Shown here: in pieces, positions 23,266 to 35,600 of the stretch
Layout: every line of letters begins with the position of its first letter
Position numbering within the stretch: position 1 is the stretch's first letter
DNA from: Lingula anatina
Lineage: Eukaryota; Animalia; Brachiopoda
Direction: 5' to 3'
DNA: 64,000 nucleotides
Assembly (NCBI GenBank): GCA_051362555.1
Contig: CM120646.1
Span: forward strand, 8,184,001-8,248,000
Program-made: the position numbers and the translations under genes
Notes under the pieces: generated by a model
The model's database searches: none
Told to the model about the DNA's origin: nothing
What the model saw: only the letters and a program-made list of their open reading frames with translations

Positions 23266-24708
23266 CTGTACAATAGCATTACATGTCTGTATATAATTAT
23301 CCACCTTGCCAGCAACATAATCCACTTCTTTACTTAAATAATCCCCTGCACTCTCTAGCATACCTAAAATGCCCTGAAACCAAGCAAGCAAGGAAGCATT
23401 ATAACCCACCGCTGCCACCAATGTAACATTAAAATTCTTACCATCATTGGATAATTGCCAGTTTGAACATAACTGTCCACTTTGTTGGCAACATAGTCAA
23501 CCTCTTTGCTTATGTAGTTGCCAGCATCCTCCAACATCCCAAAAAGACCCTGAAGTTACAGGTGTACATACATCTTTTAAAAAATAAAAATATATAGTCA
23601 CTAATCAGTCTATTAGTTTAAAAATAAATTGATTATTGCATTGCTATTTACTGGTAACGATGTAGGTAGATAAGTACACTTCAAGACAATAAGATGGAAT
23701 TAAACTACCACAACATCTTAAAAATATTATAAGTACACCATAAAGCATTGTAATCAGTTTTCATTTTAATGATAAACAGAGCATTATCCACTGTTGATAA
23801 ATGACTTTTGAGATATATATCTAATACCAGAATTATATAAATCAGTACATTTAAAAGGCAAAATATTATTATAGAGCAGTTGTATAAGAATAACTATGAA
23901 ATCAATTAGTGGGACTACAATAATCAAAGTTATGGTGAATGTTTACTTATACAAATTATTTGAAGCAGCGAACAATATTATGTTTTTCAAACAGCATGAT
24001 CATTTCTGAATTATAACAAAATTGTGAACGAAGCAACAGTCATCAATGCTTAGATGCACAAGCACACAAAAAAGTTTTGCTTACTCCTTTCTTCTGCTTG
24101 ACTTTCACAACCTTAGGCTGAGAGCCACCTCCCTGGGCCACAGTTACTGTGCTCTGAAAGAACCAAAATGGACTCTAGTAAAAACAAAGTTTCTCTGTAT
24201 TTTCATCATCTGATTTGATAAAAGACTAGCTTTCTACCTAACCAACATACACAAGCATAATAAAAGTTTTCAAGCTTATTGATAACATTACTGTTAAGCA
24301 CATTTTCATATTGCAAACAAATAATCATATATACAAACTTAATTGGTCAATTGGAAATCTACTCGAGTCCAAAAACAGCTGTGTGTACTACACTTGTCAG
24401 CAAGGTAAATGTGACATCCCTTTGTGCTCTACACATACAGGGGGTTAAGAGAGTGGTCCTCCCCCACACCCCCCACCCACCCCCCACCCCACCCGTGATA
24501 CAAAATTTTAGATTCTCCAGATTTCAGCTTTCCAGCACCTCTGTGGTATATGTATAACCTACATTGTACCTACCCCTGGAGGTGCATACACTGTATAAGG
24601 CTGAGGTGGGGCAGCAGTATAAGGAGGGGGTGGCTCAGAGTAGCCTGATGCCCCCTGGGGATAACCCCCCTGTTGAGGATAGCCAGGTGGTGCTGGTGCT
24701 TTAGACAT
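23266..24708 (-). CDS. 5' coding exons of an uncharacterised Pro/Gly/Tyr-rich PPxY protein; 3' exons not found in the window
   Basis: Exon 24717-24574 (ATG 24708): MSKAPAPPGYPQQGGYPQGASGYSEPPPPYTAAPPQPYTVYAPPG. Exon 24153-24085: STVTVAQGGGSQPKVVKVKQKKG. Exon 23549-23442: GLFGMLEDAGNYISKEVDYVANKVDSYVQTGNYPMM. Exon 23373-23266: GILGMLESAGDYLSKEVDYVAGKVDNYIQTCNAIVQ. All have canonical TTTCAG/CTTCAG acceptors and GTRRG donors, end in phase 0 and contain no stops. A probable non-coding exon 1 ends at 25185 (AAG|GTAAGA). Confidence 0.8.
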
Positions 24709-25184
24709 AACTGTGATCTGAAACATAAATATTTACAATGTTTAAGCTTTAAAGGTGACCTGCAAAAACTAGACTGTCAGCATTTACTTAAAAAGGCATG
24801 TCTCATTTAACCCCCCCCCCCCCCCCCCCCACCAAAAAAAAAAATGTAGTTATTTTGGCAGAGACACCCATTGTGATTATGATATTTTAATAATAGTATT
24901 AAAATACTAAACTGCGTAATATCTCACGCACATTTTGCAATGATACCATTCTAGAAATAGCCATGATGATTAACACAGGTTTTGTCCACCCATACTTATT
25001 ATTCAGGATACCACTACCAGCACGTCAAATCAGGATCCAAGTTTTAGAATTAGACTATATTTTTAAAAGCAATTTTCATTTTGACAAAACAACGTAACAA
25101 TTCGCATTAATTTATTAAATATTAAAGAATATCAGGGGCGTGTTACTAGGAATGTAAAACGAAAACCGCATCAAAACATCTTAC

Positions 25185-25453
25185 CTTTTCCTTCGTATAA
25201 TAACTAACGAATAATTTTGAGTGATATCACTTCCGGATTATTTTGGCCTTGACCTTGTTAGTGCAATAGTCTCAATTCTCCCTGCATTTATGATCATTAT
25301 TTCTCTCAAAAACAGCGTCAAAACAAAATACCATTAATATCGATTTCCAAAAAGGACACTAGTAATATTTTATTTATGCCTCACTCATATATTCGATAAA
25401 TACTATAATGTTCACTACCTGTGATGTTCAAGGCTAATTTGAGAAATTACAAG
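25185..25453. promoter_or_regulatory. Probable bidirectional promoter between the PPxY gene (-) and OAF (+)
   Basis: Minus-strand first-exon donor at 25184 and the OAF ATG at 25454 are about 270 bp apart. ETS-type ACTTCCGG at 25229-25236, local CpG enrichment, YY1-like AAGATGG at the OAF start. Confidence 0.6.
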
Positions 25454-28400
25454 ATGGTGGAGAGGGATGGATGCGATCGGAAACTCAGCAAAAAAAGTCG
25501 CCGCTCCTTCCCTTGTTCATCTTCAATCATTATTGCGTGTCTTCAGTCCGTATTCCTTATCTTTCTTATAACCCCTGGATGTGCTCAACTGGTTGTCAAC
25601 GTGAAAGAGAAGGGAGGAGATGTTTATAAAGAAGCGATAAACGCCAACACCACAGCCGAGACAGTGACACTCGAATTTAAGAGAAGCGATGGAACGTTTA
25701 TAACACAGTTTATTGACTTCAAAAATGTATGTTTTAAATGCAGAGCACGCTTTTAATAAGAATCGATTACTAGTATGTCTATGCATCGTATTTGTCTTAT
25801 ATTAGGGTGGGGTAAATAATAACTTTTATTTTGGAAATTTCTCGAGGAACAGGCGATTTCTGAAGCAAAGTTTATTTCTGATTAGTAATTTGAGCTACGA
25901 CCATTCTTTAGGTCGATAATTTCACTATTTGTTGAAACTCATATGTGCTATAGTATACCTTTATTGAATAGGGTTGTAATTTAGAGGAGCCAATATGATA
26001 TAGGAATGGAAGGAATGTTTATTGATCATAAAGAACCTTAACATACAAGGTACAGATCATCGATAGCGTACAAGCAAATATAAAATGGTCACAGAAATAC
26101 AATACTAGATATAATAGATTAAAAAAAAAAAAAAAACTACATGGAACATACAAATTAAACTTACACCTAAGAATGGATATTTTACTGACCGACATCCAAC
26201 TATAACAAGGCACCATAACACTACTAGCAATAATGACGCACAATTACAATGAGAAATAAATAAATAATTATATAGGTTATATATCCAGCTACAGTAGTTT
26301 TTTTGTGTGTAGCATTTCGTTAACCCATACTATCTATCCATCCCGACTTTGCTAATGACACACAGGGATTATGTTAACTAGTGTTCTGTATAGTGAGCAA
26401 CTTATCCCTAAGTTTTAAACAGCTACCTAAATATTGTACTACAACATATATAATGTCCATCTCAACAGACCCCATTAGAAAGTTGAATATTTCTTTTTCA
26501 CTAAACCCTTCAAATGATACAAAAGACTAGCTTAGTACTCATTTGGTTCCGCTGCTCTGTATATACTGGGCATTCCCTAACTAGATGAAATTCATCTTCT
26601 ATTCTCTGAAGATCGCACAATTTACATAACCTCTGCTCCAGCGGTGTCTTAGGTCGGGTAAATCTCCCCCGCTCCACCTGTAGGGTATGTGCACTTAATC
26701 TTATTTTACAGAAGGTGGCTCTTAGACTCTTATTCATAATTGTAGTGTAATTCTCACATGAGAATCTGTTTTTGAAGCCTACATATGTTCTAAGTTTTTT
26801 ACTACTATCTACTGCCTTAATCATCTCTTCCCATTCCTCACTGTAGGCCTGCTTCATGTGTTGGTTTACTATGGCCTGTGTGTTGCTGTTGGATATTTTA
26901 ATGGGATTAGCCCATAATTCCTCGGCATGGCCTACTAAGAGTGCCGCTTTAATACCTGAAGACCAGGTTGTGATACCAGCTTCTGACATTGCCCTGTTTT
27001 CAATAAGGGCATCGAGTACAATGTCATTTTCACCTTTATATAGTCTATAGTTCAGGTAACTCCAATATTTGACCGCCAGTGCCGTGAGGTGAATTAGTAT
27101 GGGGTAACTTCCCAATTCACCCCTTGCAGCGTGGTTACTGGCTCTCTTGTGGATTCCCAGAATGGTCTTACAGGCTTTAATGTGGAGCTGCTCTGCTGAG
27201 GGCTTGTCACATGTGGAGAGAATATTATTTTTTTGCATTTTGTGTATCAGATATGGAATCCACACTTCACTACCGTAACCCATAACTGGTACCACTAGGG
27301 ATTGGAAAAGTTTTTTTGCGACATCCGTGGGGGCGGCAAACAGCTGGTTACGAATTTTGAAGAACACTTTAGCTGCCTTGTCTCTCAGTGTGTCCATACC
27401 TTTGGTAAATTTGCCGGAGGGGGTGAACGTAATTCCCAAGTAGTTATATTCAGTAGCAGATAACCACCTTAGTCTTATCTGTGTTCACTCTAAGTTTCCA
27501 TCTGTCACAATAACTAGCTAGTTGGTTCAAGGAAAACTGGAGACCTTGTGCACTTTCTGATAGTATGACTAAATCATCAGCATAAAGTAGGCATGTGAGT
27601 GGTCTGTTATTCAAAAGCGGTGGCTTGCTTTGAGAGGTATCCACAAATAGGTCTGGTATGTCCTTTATGAAAATATTGAAAAGGGTGGGGCTTAGCACAC
27701 ATCCTTGTTTGACTCCCACGCTCGTACTGAAGGGGTTGGTGATCCCCCCCTCACACTTAATAGAAAACATTACTGAATTATACATACTTCTGAGTATGTT
27801 TACGAATTTAGAGCTAAAATTTGCCTTAATTAATTTATAAAGCAGTCCATTCCTCCAAACAGTGTCATATGCCTGTGAAAAGTCTACAAATGCTGCATAA
27901 AGTTTGGACCTAGAGATCTTGTGAATGTATTTATCTACCACACTCTTCAGTGTTAGGATATGGTCACTGGTCCTGGCACCTTTCCTAAATCCGATTTGGT
28001 TGTCAGGGATGATTTTCTCTTTCTTGACATGGTTATTTAGCCTTTTGTTAAGTACTTTACAGAACAGTTTGGATAAGTTGCTTGAGATAGCTATTCCCCT
28101 ATAGTTGCCTGGACATCTGCGATCTCCTTTCTTGTGGAGCACGCTAAGGCGGTCGGGAATTCTCCTGAGGAGTAGATTACATTGAAGACCTTAGATATTG
28201 CCGGTGCTAATGAAGTTATCCCTTCCTTTATCATCTCGTTAGGAATACTGTCTAGACCTGGGGCTTTATTTCTTTTCAGACTAGTTGCCGCCAAACGAAC
28301 CTCTTTTTCCGTAATACGAAAATCCATTTCATTGAATACCCTATGGTCGTGTTGCAAGTGGTATTTGTTTATTTCATCCTCAAAAGATGTGTCATCATAC

Positions 28401-30622
28401 GGAATTTTCCTATTCATTAATTGATTGAAATGACTCCACCACTCGCTTGGTGGGATAGGGTTTCCAGAAGACTGCTTTTTAGGGCAGAGTTTATCATACA
28501 TCTCCCAGAATGCCTGCGGGTCTTCATTCTCCAGCTTGTTTATACGCTGATATATAATCTCCCTGAATGAATTGCTTTTGCTATTGAGTAGACTTTTGTA
28601 TCTTTTTTTCATGGCATAGTAATCTTGGACTATCTTTCGATTCTCCGGGTTTTTACGTATTTGTCTAGCCAAGGACCGGAGTTTTCTGCTCATATCTTTA
28701 CAGTCACCATCAAACCAGGGCTTTTTGCCCACACCTTTTCTTACTTTAGGTTTTCTTTTTGTGATGCCTGCATTGGCAGCTATTCTGGTCACTAGTCTGT
28801 AGAAATCCTCAAGACAGTTTTCAACTCCTGCTGTTTCCATGAATGTTGCAGATGTGAATTTCCTTATTTCTTCTGCATTATGGGGTAGAGCGAGAGCTCT
28901 AAGCCATCTATCTCGTGAACCAGTATTCCAGAAAAATTTCTCTGGGATCTTAAGTAGAGCCTCTGATGAGCCCATAGGAGTAATGTACTGGCACGTATTC
29001 ATACTTAAATTGCAGGAAAGCAGGCAGTGGATCGAGTACGGTGATAAATCGTGTACCCTGAAGAACTCAATCTGACTAAACATCTCCACATGGCAAAGCA
29101 TATAGTCAATCGTGCTGGGCTGCCCGTTATGACTAAAACATGTCTGATTACCAACAAAATCCCCTACTACTCTACCATTCACTATCCTAAGACCGCTGCT
29201 CTTACAAAGTTCTAATAGTCTCCTACCATTGCTATCTACACTGTGACAATCTAAGTTCCTTCTGACCATTGGGACATCTGACACATAACCTTCTCCTGTC
29301 CCAACCTGTGTATCACTGTCATGTTGTACAAAGTCCTTCTCTGTGTAAGTTTTTTCTAGATAAGATATATTTTTCTTCTAAAACATCAACCATATTTCCT
29401 TTCTAATTTAGGAAATTCAGATCTTTAAAGCTCTGGTGCTAGGTGAGGAGGAAAGGGGACAGAATCAATTTCAAGTCATGTGTTACATCACCAGGTTTAT
29501 CAAAAATGAGTTCATCTCAGCAGATGCAATGTCCAAGTTAAGACAGGTAAGCTGATAAAAAAAAGACAGTAAAGAAAAGATTTAGATTTTATATAATTAA
29601 GAAATAATGACTTCAAAATAATCAGAATGTTAAATTCTCTTTTAAATCACATGGACAGTTTAAATTCTGCCACAAGGTCCTTTTAACGAAGTACTTGATT
29701 AAAAAGAGGTAGAGAATATAAGTAAAATAACAGAAAACTTTTGGAATATTATATTCCAAAAGAAAATCTATAAATAAAATCAAAACCGCATTTAAAAAAT
29801 AATAATTTCAGAAAAATCCTGGTGCTCTTCGTACCCCAGAGGATGACAAGGGTCAAGAGAAACACCAAAAGGACCTGTTGGTTGATGTGGAGAGAGCAGA
29901 GGCCATCACCCCCCATACCTCAGACATCTGTGGGGACGCCAAGGACACCACATATGCCAGAGATGCTGATCTCAAGTATATTGCTAAATGTAAGGCAAAA
30001 TTTCTTTATAAAAGGGTCACTTCTCAGGATTTTCCCTGTCAAAATGAATTTTATGAGGCTTTTCACATGTTTGTAAATTCCCCAGATTCATATTTACTTC
30101 CGCCAAGGAGGTTATGTTTTCACCCCTGTTTGTTTGTCTGTTTGTCCGTCTGCCATCAACATAACTCAAAAAGCTATGGACGGATTTTGATGAAATTTCC
30201 AGGAACCGTCAGAAGTGGGCCAAGGAACAGATGATGAGTTTTTGGTGGTGATCCGGATCAATAATCAATCAATAATCAAAAATATCGAAAATTTAGGGGT
30301 GAAACGGCATTGGATAGAGACTTTACTGCCTAGGCGGAGGTCTGCGCTCTCTGAGTGCTTTTCTAGTTATGTCCTGGAAAGCTTCTTATATTCCGCAATT
30401 CAGACTCTAAGACAATAAAACCCTTCAGATAAAAGTTTTTTCTGAGTGTACTTATTATCTCCTCTGCCTCCTCTGGTAGCCATTGCCAGATTGGCACTGA
30501 ATTATACACGGCACAGGACCGAGATACAAAACATCAAGCCATTTTCTTGTGTAAAAACAAGGTAACATGCCTTTAATACTCTTAGTTAAAGCAGTCTTTC
30601 GCTTCTTTCATTTAATAGTGCA

Positions 30623-30655
<33 letters not shown>

Positions 30656-31206
30656 AGTAATTTACCATAACTGCTGAGGAAGTCAACAGATTATTATTTG
30701 CATTTTCACACAGTCACGCACCTCAACCCTTCTCAGAAACTAAAAGGTTTCATGTCTGCTTCTCATTGGTGCACAAATGTTCACCTTGAAGATTTTTTTC
30801 TTTGAGTGATACTGAAATTGTAGGGACCTGTAAGATTCATCTTTTTTTTCTGTGAGTATTAAAAAAATACATCCACTTTTAAATTTCCTTTCTGCTTTCA
30901 GCACTTAACAAAGACTATGCCAAGATGCTAACAGCCACAAGTCGACCCGCTGGTTCAGTTTATCACTCTCCTCGCTGCACTTTAGTCCAGGACTTATTCA
31001 AATCCTGTGTATGTCGGTATGAACTCTGTATAGGCTGGTACCCCTGTGGACTGAAATACTGTCGTGGAAAAGACAACTCAGGAAAAGTGATCAGTTACCG
31101 CTGTGGCATTAAGACTTGTAAGAAGTGCCGAATGTTTGAGTATTATGTCAAGGCTAAGCAGATGTGTCTGTGGGATGAGGAGGAAAAGCCAGTACAAATG
31201 CTGTGA
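25454..31206 (+). CDS. OAF: Out at first protein homologue (OAF), 4 coding exons
   Basis: Exons 25454-25726, 29412-29546, 29812-29989 and 30902-31206 join in frame through GT-AG introns. Family motifs: FIDFKNEIQIFKALVLGEEERGQNQFQVMC, MSKLRQKNP, CVCRYELCIGWYPCGLKYC...YRCGIKTCKKC...CLWDE. Confidence 0.93.
26002..29345 (-). mobile_element. 5'-truncated non-LTR retrotransposon (RTEX-like LINE), frameshifted ORF2, in OAF intron 1
   Basis: Three consecutive ORF fragments: 28091-29284 (endonuclease C-terminus, STIDYML), 27450-28142 (RT: NYRGIA, GVKQGCVLSPTLFN, YADDLV) and 26510-27439 (SAHTLQVERGR...CKLC...EDEFH...CPVY zinc finger). The 3' end is AATAAA followed by (ATTCC)-like repeats near 26002-26023. 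Confidence 0.88.
30094..30368 (+). mobile_element. Short HINE (Helentron-type) in OAF intron 3
   Basis: TTACTTCCGCCAAGGAGGTTATG start, (GTTT/GTCT)n microsatellite, inverted CCTAGGCGGAGG, hairpin GCGCTC-TCT-GAGTGC and a CTAGTT end. Confidence 0.8.
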
Positions 31207-32668
31207 ATGCATCCCTGTTAACCTGCCATCAGCAGTATCTGTGTCAAAATAAGGTTTAGCCTTCCAGACCTTGAGACACCAGGGTTTAAGTATCCAATGG
31301 TCTATGGAGGGAACACGTGCCAATAACCTAACCAATTAAGAAATTAAAACTGGCCTGGTTCTAATTTTACTTGCATATGTTGTGGGCCCAGTGCTAATGT
31401 GACAGACTCCCAATGTTTTTTTTTAAATTGTTGCAGTTAGAGGCACCAATATCATAAAAAGCTAGCATACATTTCTGCAGTATATTTACCCAGGACTCAT
31501 TTGAAAAAGGACATGAAGTCTTCCCTTGACAGGTGCACCTCAGTTACAGCTTGAATTCAGCTTCTTTTCAAAGGATCTTTTTAAAACATGAACATTATTG
31601 CATTTATTTCCATTGCTCCTCAATTCATAAATTTGTTCACTAATTCGCTAATAAAACCTGTTCAATAATTAGTCTTTACAAACTGATGGTGTTAGTCCAC
31701 AAGTTATGTAGTGTGCTAAGACCAAGGGTCAATAGGTTGACTTTCGTCCTTCTGTGAAACCCAAGTGTTTCTGCATTGCACAAATTTCATTTTGTTCATA
31801 TCAACTCTCAAGTCACTTGCTGTATTTAGTAACAATTTTCTTAATCACTTCAAAGTCTGTTTTTATAAGGTATCTGTATATCATGTATAACAATACACAA
31901 ATTAGGACTTAATAAATTATTTATTTCTTTAGTTATGCATCCATGATAATAATACTGACACTGTAACAAGCACATATTTTTTTTACACTATTATCAAAAT
32001 GTACACATTATACATGGTCATTTATTTCTTATAGCCATATTGTCATATTTCCATTGTAATCACATTTCATATTTGCTTCTATTGTACTTATAATAAAGGT
32101 ATAGTTTTTGTAACTTTTCTTGTTTCGCAATCAATACTCAAGATCAACAGTTGAAGTATCAAACGCCCCTTGGTGGTGAGAAGGGTTGTCTTCTTGGAAC
32201 TTTCCAAAAATGAAAAAATATATTCTCAAAACTTTTTTAATTTATTAAAAATATAGTATAACACAGCTCTGGTATTTGCATAGTATTGTATTATGCAATA
32301 ATACAAAATTTAAAAGTATTATATATGAATGACAAAATGTGTTGAAAAGAAATTCTAGAATAAGGTTCAATTTTAACCATATGAAAGTAGTTTTAATTCG
32401 AGATTCTTAACAGGATTGAGAGAGTATTTCTTTGATCTTTTAAAGCTACAGAGAGTGTAAAAGTGAGCAATATGCTACAGTTGAACTAGAGTAGGAAACA
32501 ATTTGGTCTGAAGGTAGAACTAGGGGTCACACTTGCATTTCAACAAAATACTCTTAGAGACTATTTTGACAAAAAGAAAGATGGACAGACCGACAGACAT
32601 AAGTTAATTAGTTTTACACATGATAAATATATAAAAAGAAGCCAGTTTGCACCTAAAGAAGCACTACA

Positions 32669-35600
32669 TCAGCACCACCCAGGAGACCAGACCCCGGCCC
32701 AGTATTTTGGGTTTGACCTGGGGTTAGGTGGGGGATCTAGAGCTGGGACCAGAGTCCTGTTGTAAGCCTGAAGTTTCTGGTACAGCTGTTCTACCATGGC
32801 AGGCATGGAGGCTGACAGGTCCTGGTGCTCAGTTGGATCATCTAAAATGACATATGACTGATTATAATTCATTACTGTTTAATATATAAATTGGATGTTA
32901 TAAGAAAAAAGGTTTTTTTTTCTTCAATCAACAGCTAAATATTGAAATTGTTTACTTCCAATACTCGGATGTCTTTCATCAGGGAATGAGGCAATCCAGG
33001 TGAATAGCCTCTATTCAGGAGATATACTATATTTCAATATTTAGCTGTTGATTTACAAAAAAAAAATAATTTATTCTTACAACATAACACATTTAATGAA
33101 TTTCTTCTTTGAAATTGGATGTTAAGTTTTTATTCAGATCTCAAAACACTGCATGCTCAAACAGTCAACTCTTGTTGCAACCTTTTAGAACTACATATGT
33201 AATATATGATATGCAATGTTAAGATAATGTCTCCAAGCAATCCTACCCCTAATATTGAAAAGTTGCCTTTTTAAAGGACGCTCAAAATCTTCTATCTCGT
33301 TGTCTTCATCTTCTGAATATATCCAATCAATATTTCTGAAATATTCTCCTCCTGTCACGGTATTGTTGACATTGCCTGTAGATGATGGGGCAGGGTACCA
33401 ATCACTAAATTTACCAGGATTGCCCACAATGAGTTTATAATCACCCACCCTGAAAATGGAACAAAAAAATATCTGCATATAATACCAAACATTCTGACAG
33501 TCACATGATTCGCAAGGTGTGTCTATATGTAATGGATGAACATACCAAGGCTAGCAGACTATATTGTCTTGCCGTGCAACATGAATAATCATAGTTTCTC
33601 CCAAACTTCTTTGGCAATTGCTGAAAATTGTCTTGGTGGGAATGGGCAAAAACCAAAACAAACTTTCCAATCCAAAAGCATCCAGGTTATAAACAGTCTA
33701 CTGTTACATGAGAAACTACATAGCATGATTTTTATTATGTATTATTTTGCATGGAACATGCTTCTATGCCTTTTCGTCTTTCCAAAAGGACAAAATGGGC
33801 TGAATCTGACATTTTGTTATGGAAATAAAATGGACAAAAGTGCCTCAGAAATATTTATGATATTTATCATTTTTTCACTCATCCAACTTATAACCAAAAT
33901 ATAGTACCTTATTGCACCATTTCTGTTAACATCATCTATGTTGTATACAAATTCATTCCTGGCAGAAGGGGAGCCTGTATTCACAGTGGGCCACTGGTTC
34001 ACTCCATCCAAATCTGAGTCTGAAAGTAAAAGTTTACTTCTTTAATTTACAATGTCTGTTATAGAAATGATGCTAATTTTAAAGCAAAACTCATTAACTT
34101 GCATTTACATCAATCTAATCCAAAAAAAAAACATATAGTATTTGAAGTGAAACATATCATAACAAGTAATCAACACCTTTCCTCTCAACTGTATTTGTGG
34201 AATTACAAAATAATTTCAAAGAAAAAATCGATGAAAAGGGCTATATAAAACAATAAACATTGACAGAGAGGAAAACTTTCCATCTACATAAATAAAAGGT
34301 CTCACCTAACTTGGCTGCTGTGCCTCCTGCTATGGCCACAATGGTTGGCAGCCAGTCCACAGCATGGATCATTCTGAAAATGGAAAGATAGAGACACAAT
34401 GAAAAAAATACAAAAAATACAAGGGGTCTATGTTACATCTCGCAGGAATTACTAAGCTATCCCTGTATTGACATCTGGCATTTACTACGTAAATATCACT
34501 TCAAACAGGGAAATCTTTTCTGTCCAAGTTTAAGTTTTGAGGTCATATGTCACAGAGTGTGTCTCATGTCCCACTCCTAGATTATGACTGTAATATCAAA
34601 TAACACATTCCACAAAGTAAAATGTCAACTGCAATTGACCAGATTGTTTAAGAAAGATTTTGCTTTCATCTAAGAGATTTATCATTGGGATATCAATGGT
34701 TTTAGTATACTTATTTTTGTACAATTTTGTTACAGAAATGGTATGACATTGTTCAGTAACATGTGTGCCCTCCCTTGGCTGTAATACAGGCTAGTACCCT
34801 CCTCCTCATAGACCATACCAGACCTCAAATGTTGATACATGTACTAGAGAGTTTAGTTTCCACTGAACTATGACACTCAGGGTGCTGTAGCCCAGCCATC
34901 ACACACACACACAGTACTTACTCATTGTTGATATACTGGGTTTTCTTCAGTCTCTGACCATGAATGAAAGCACTGCCCCTGGTGCCTCCTTCCCATATAG
35001 TGGTCTTAGCCCCCCTCAGTGGCCAGTTGTTAGCTCCATGGATGACTGGACCACCATTCTGGAATCATTTCAGAAACAGTTATGAAATTGCTGTCAGGCT
35101 TTTCTTCCATCAGGCAATGAACTACTACTTACAAAGGTCATAGTTAAAAATGAGCATTAATAATACAGAGACACTTATTAATGCACCTGTAGACATTAAT
35201 TAGAAAAATTAAGTTTAGTTTATAATAAATTATTAAAAGAGCTATAACTTTACTTAACCAGCACATCTTAAAAATTTACTCTTTTTGGTATTGTAACTTG
35301 ATTCAAATTTTAATGAAAAAAAAATGCATTTTATAGCCAATTAAAAGTCATTGATCATTCAATTCATGCTTTATCTTCTTTCTTTCTGTCTCTCTCTCTC
35401 AGCACACATGTCTCAATTAAAATATTTACATCTGTTGTGAATATAATGATTGTGTCATTCATCATTCCAGATTTCTCTAAAGCTGCAGTTATATTGCCAA
35501 TGGTGTCATCCATTGCTGTTGCCATACCTAAGACAAAAACATGAAACACATCACAAAGATTAATATACCTATCACAAAACTCCCAGTTTATTTTTTGAAA

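Noticed and set aside
24085-24708. Calling the Pro/Gly/Tyr-rich gene CYSTM1- or LITAF-like
   Set aside because: The following exons encode amphipathic helices, and no Cys-rich TM or LITAF exon was found in the window.
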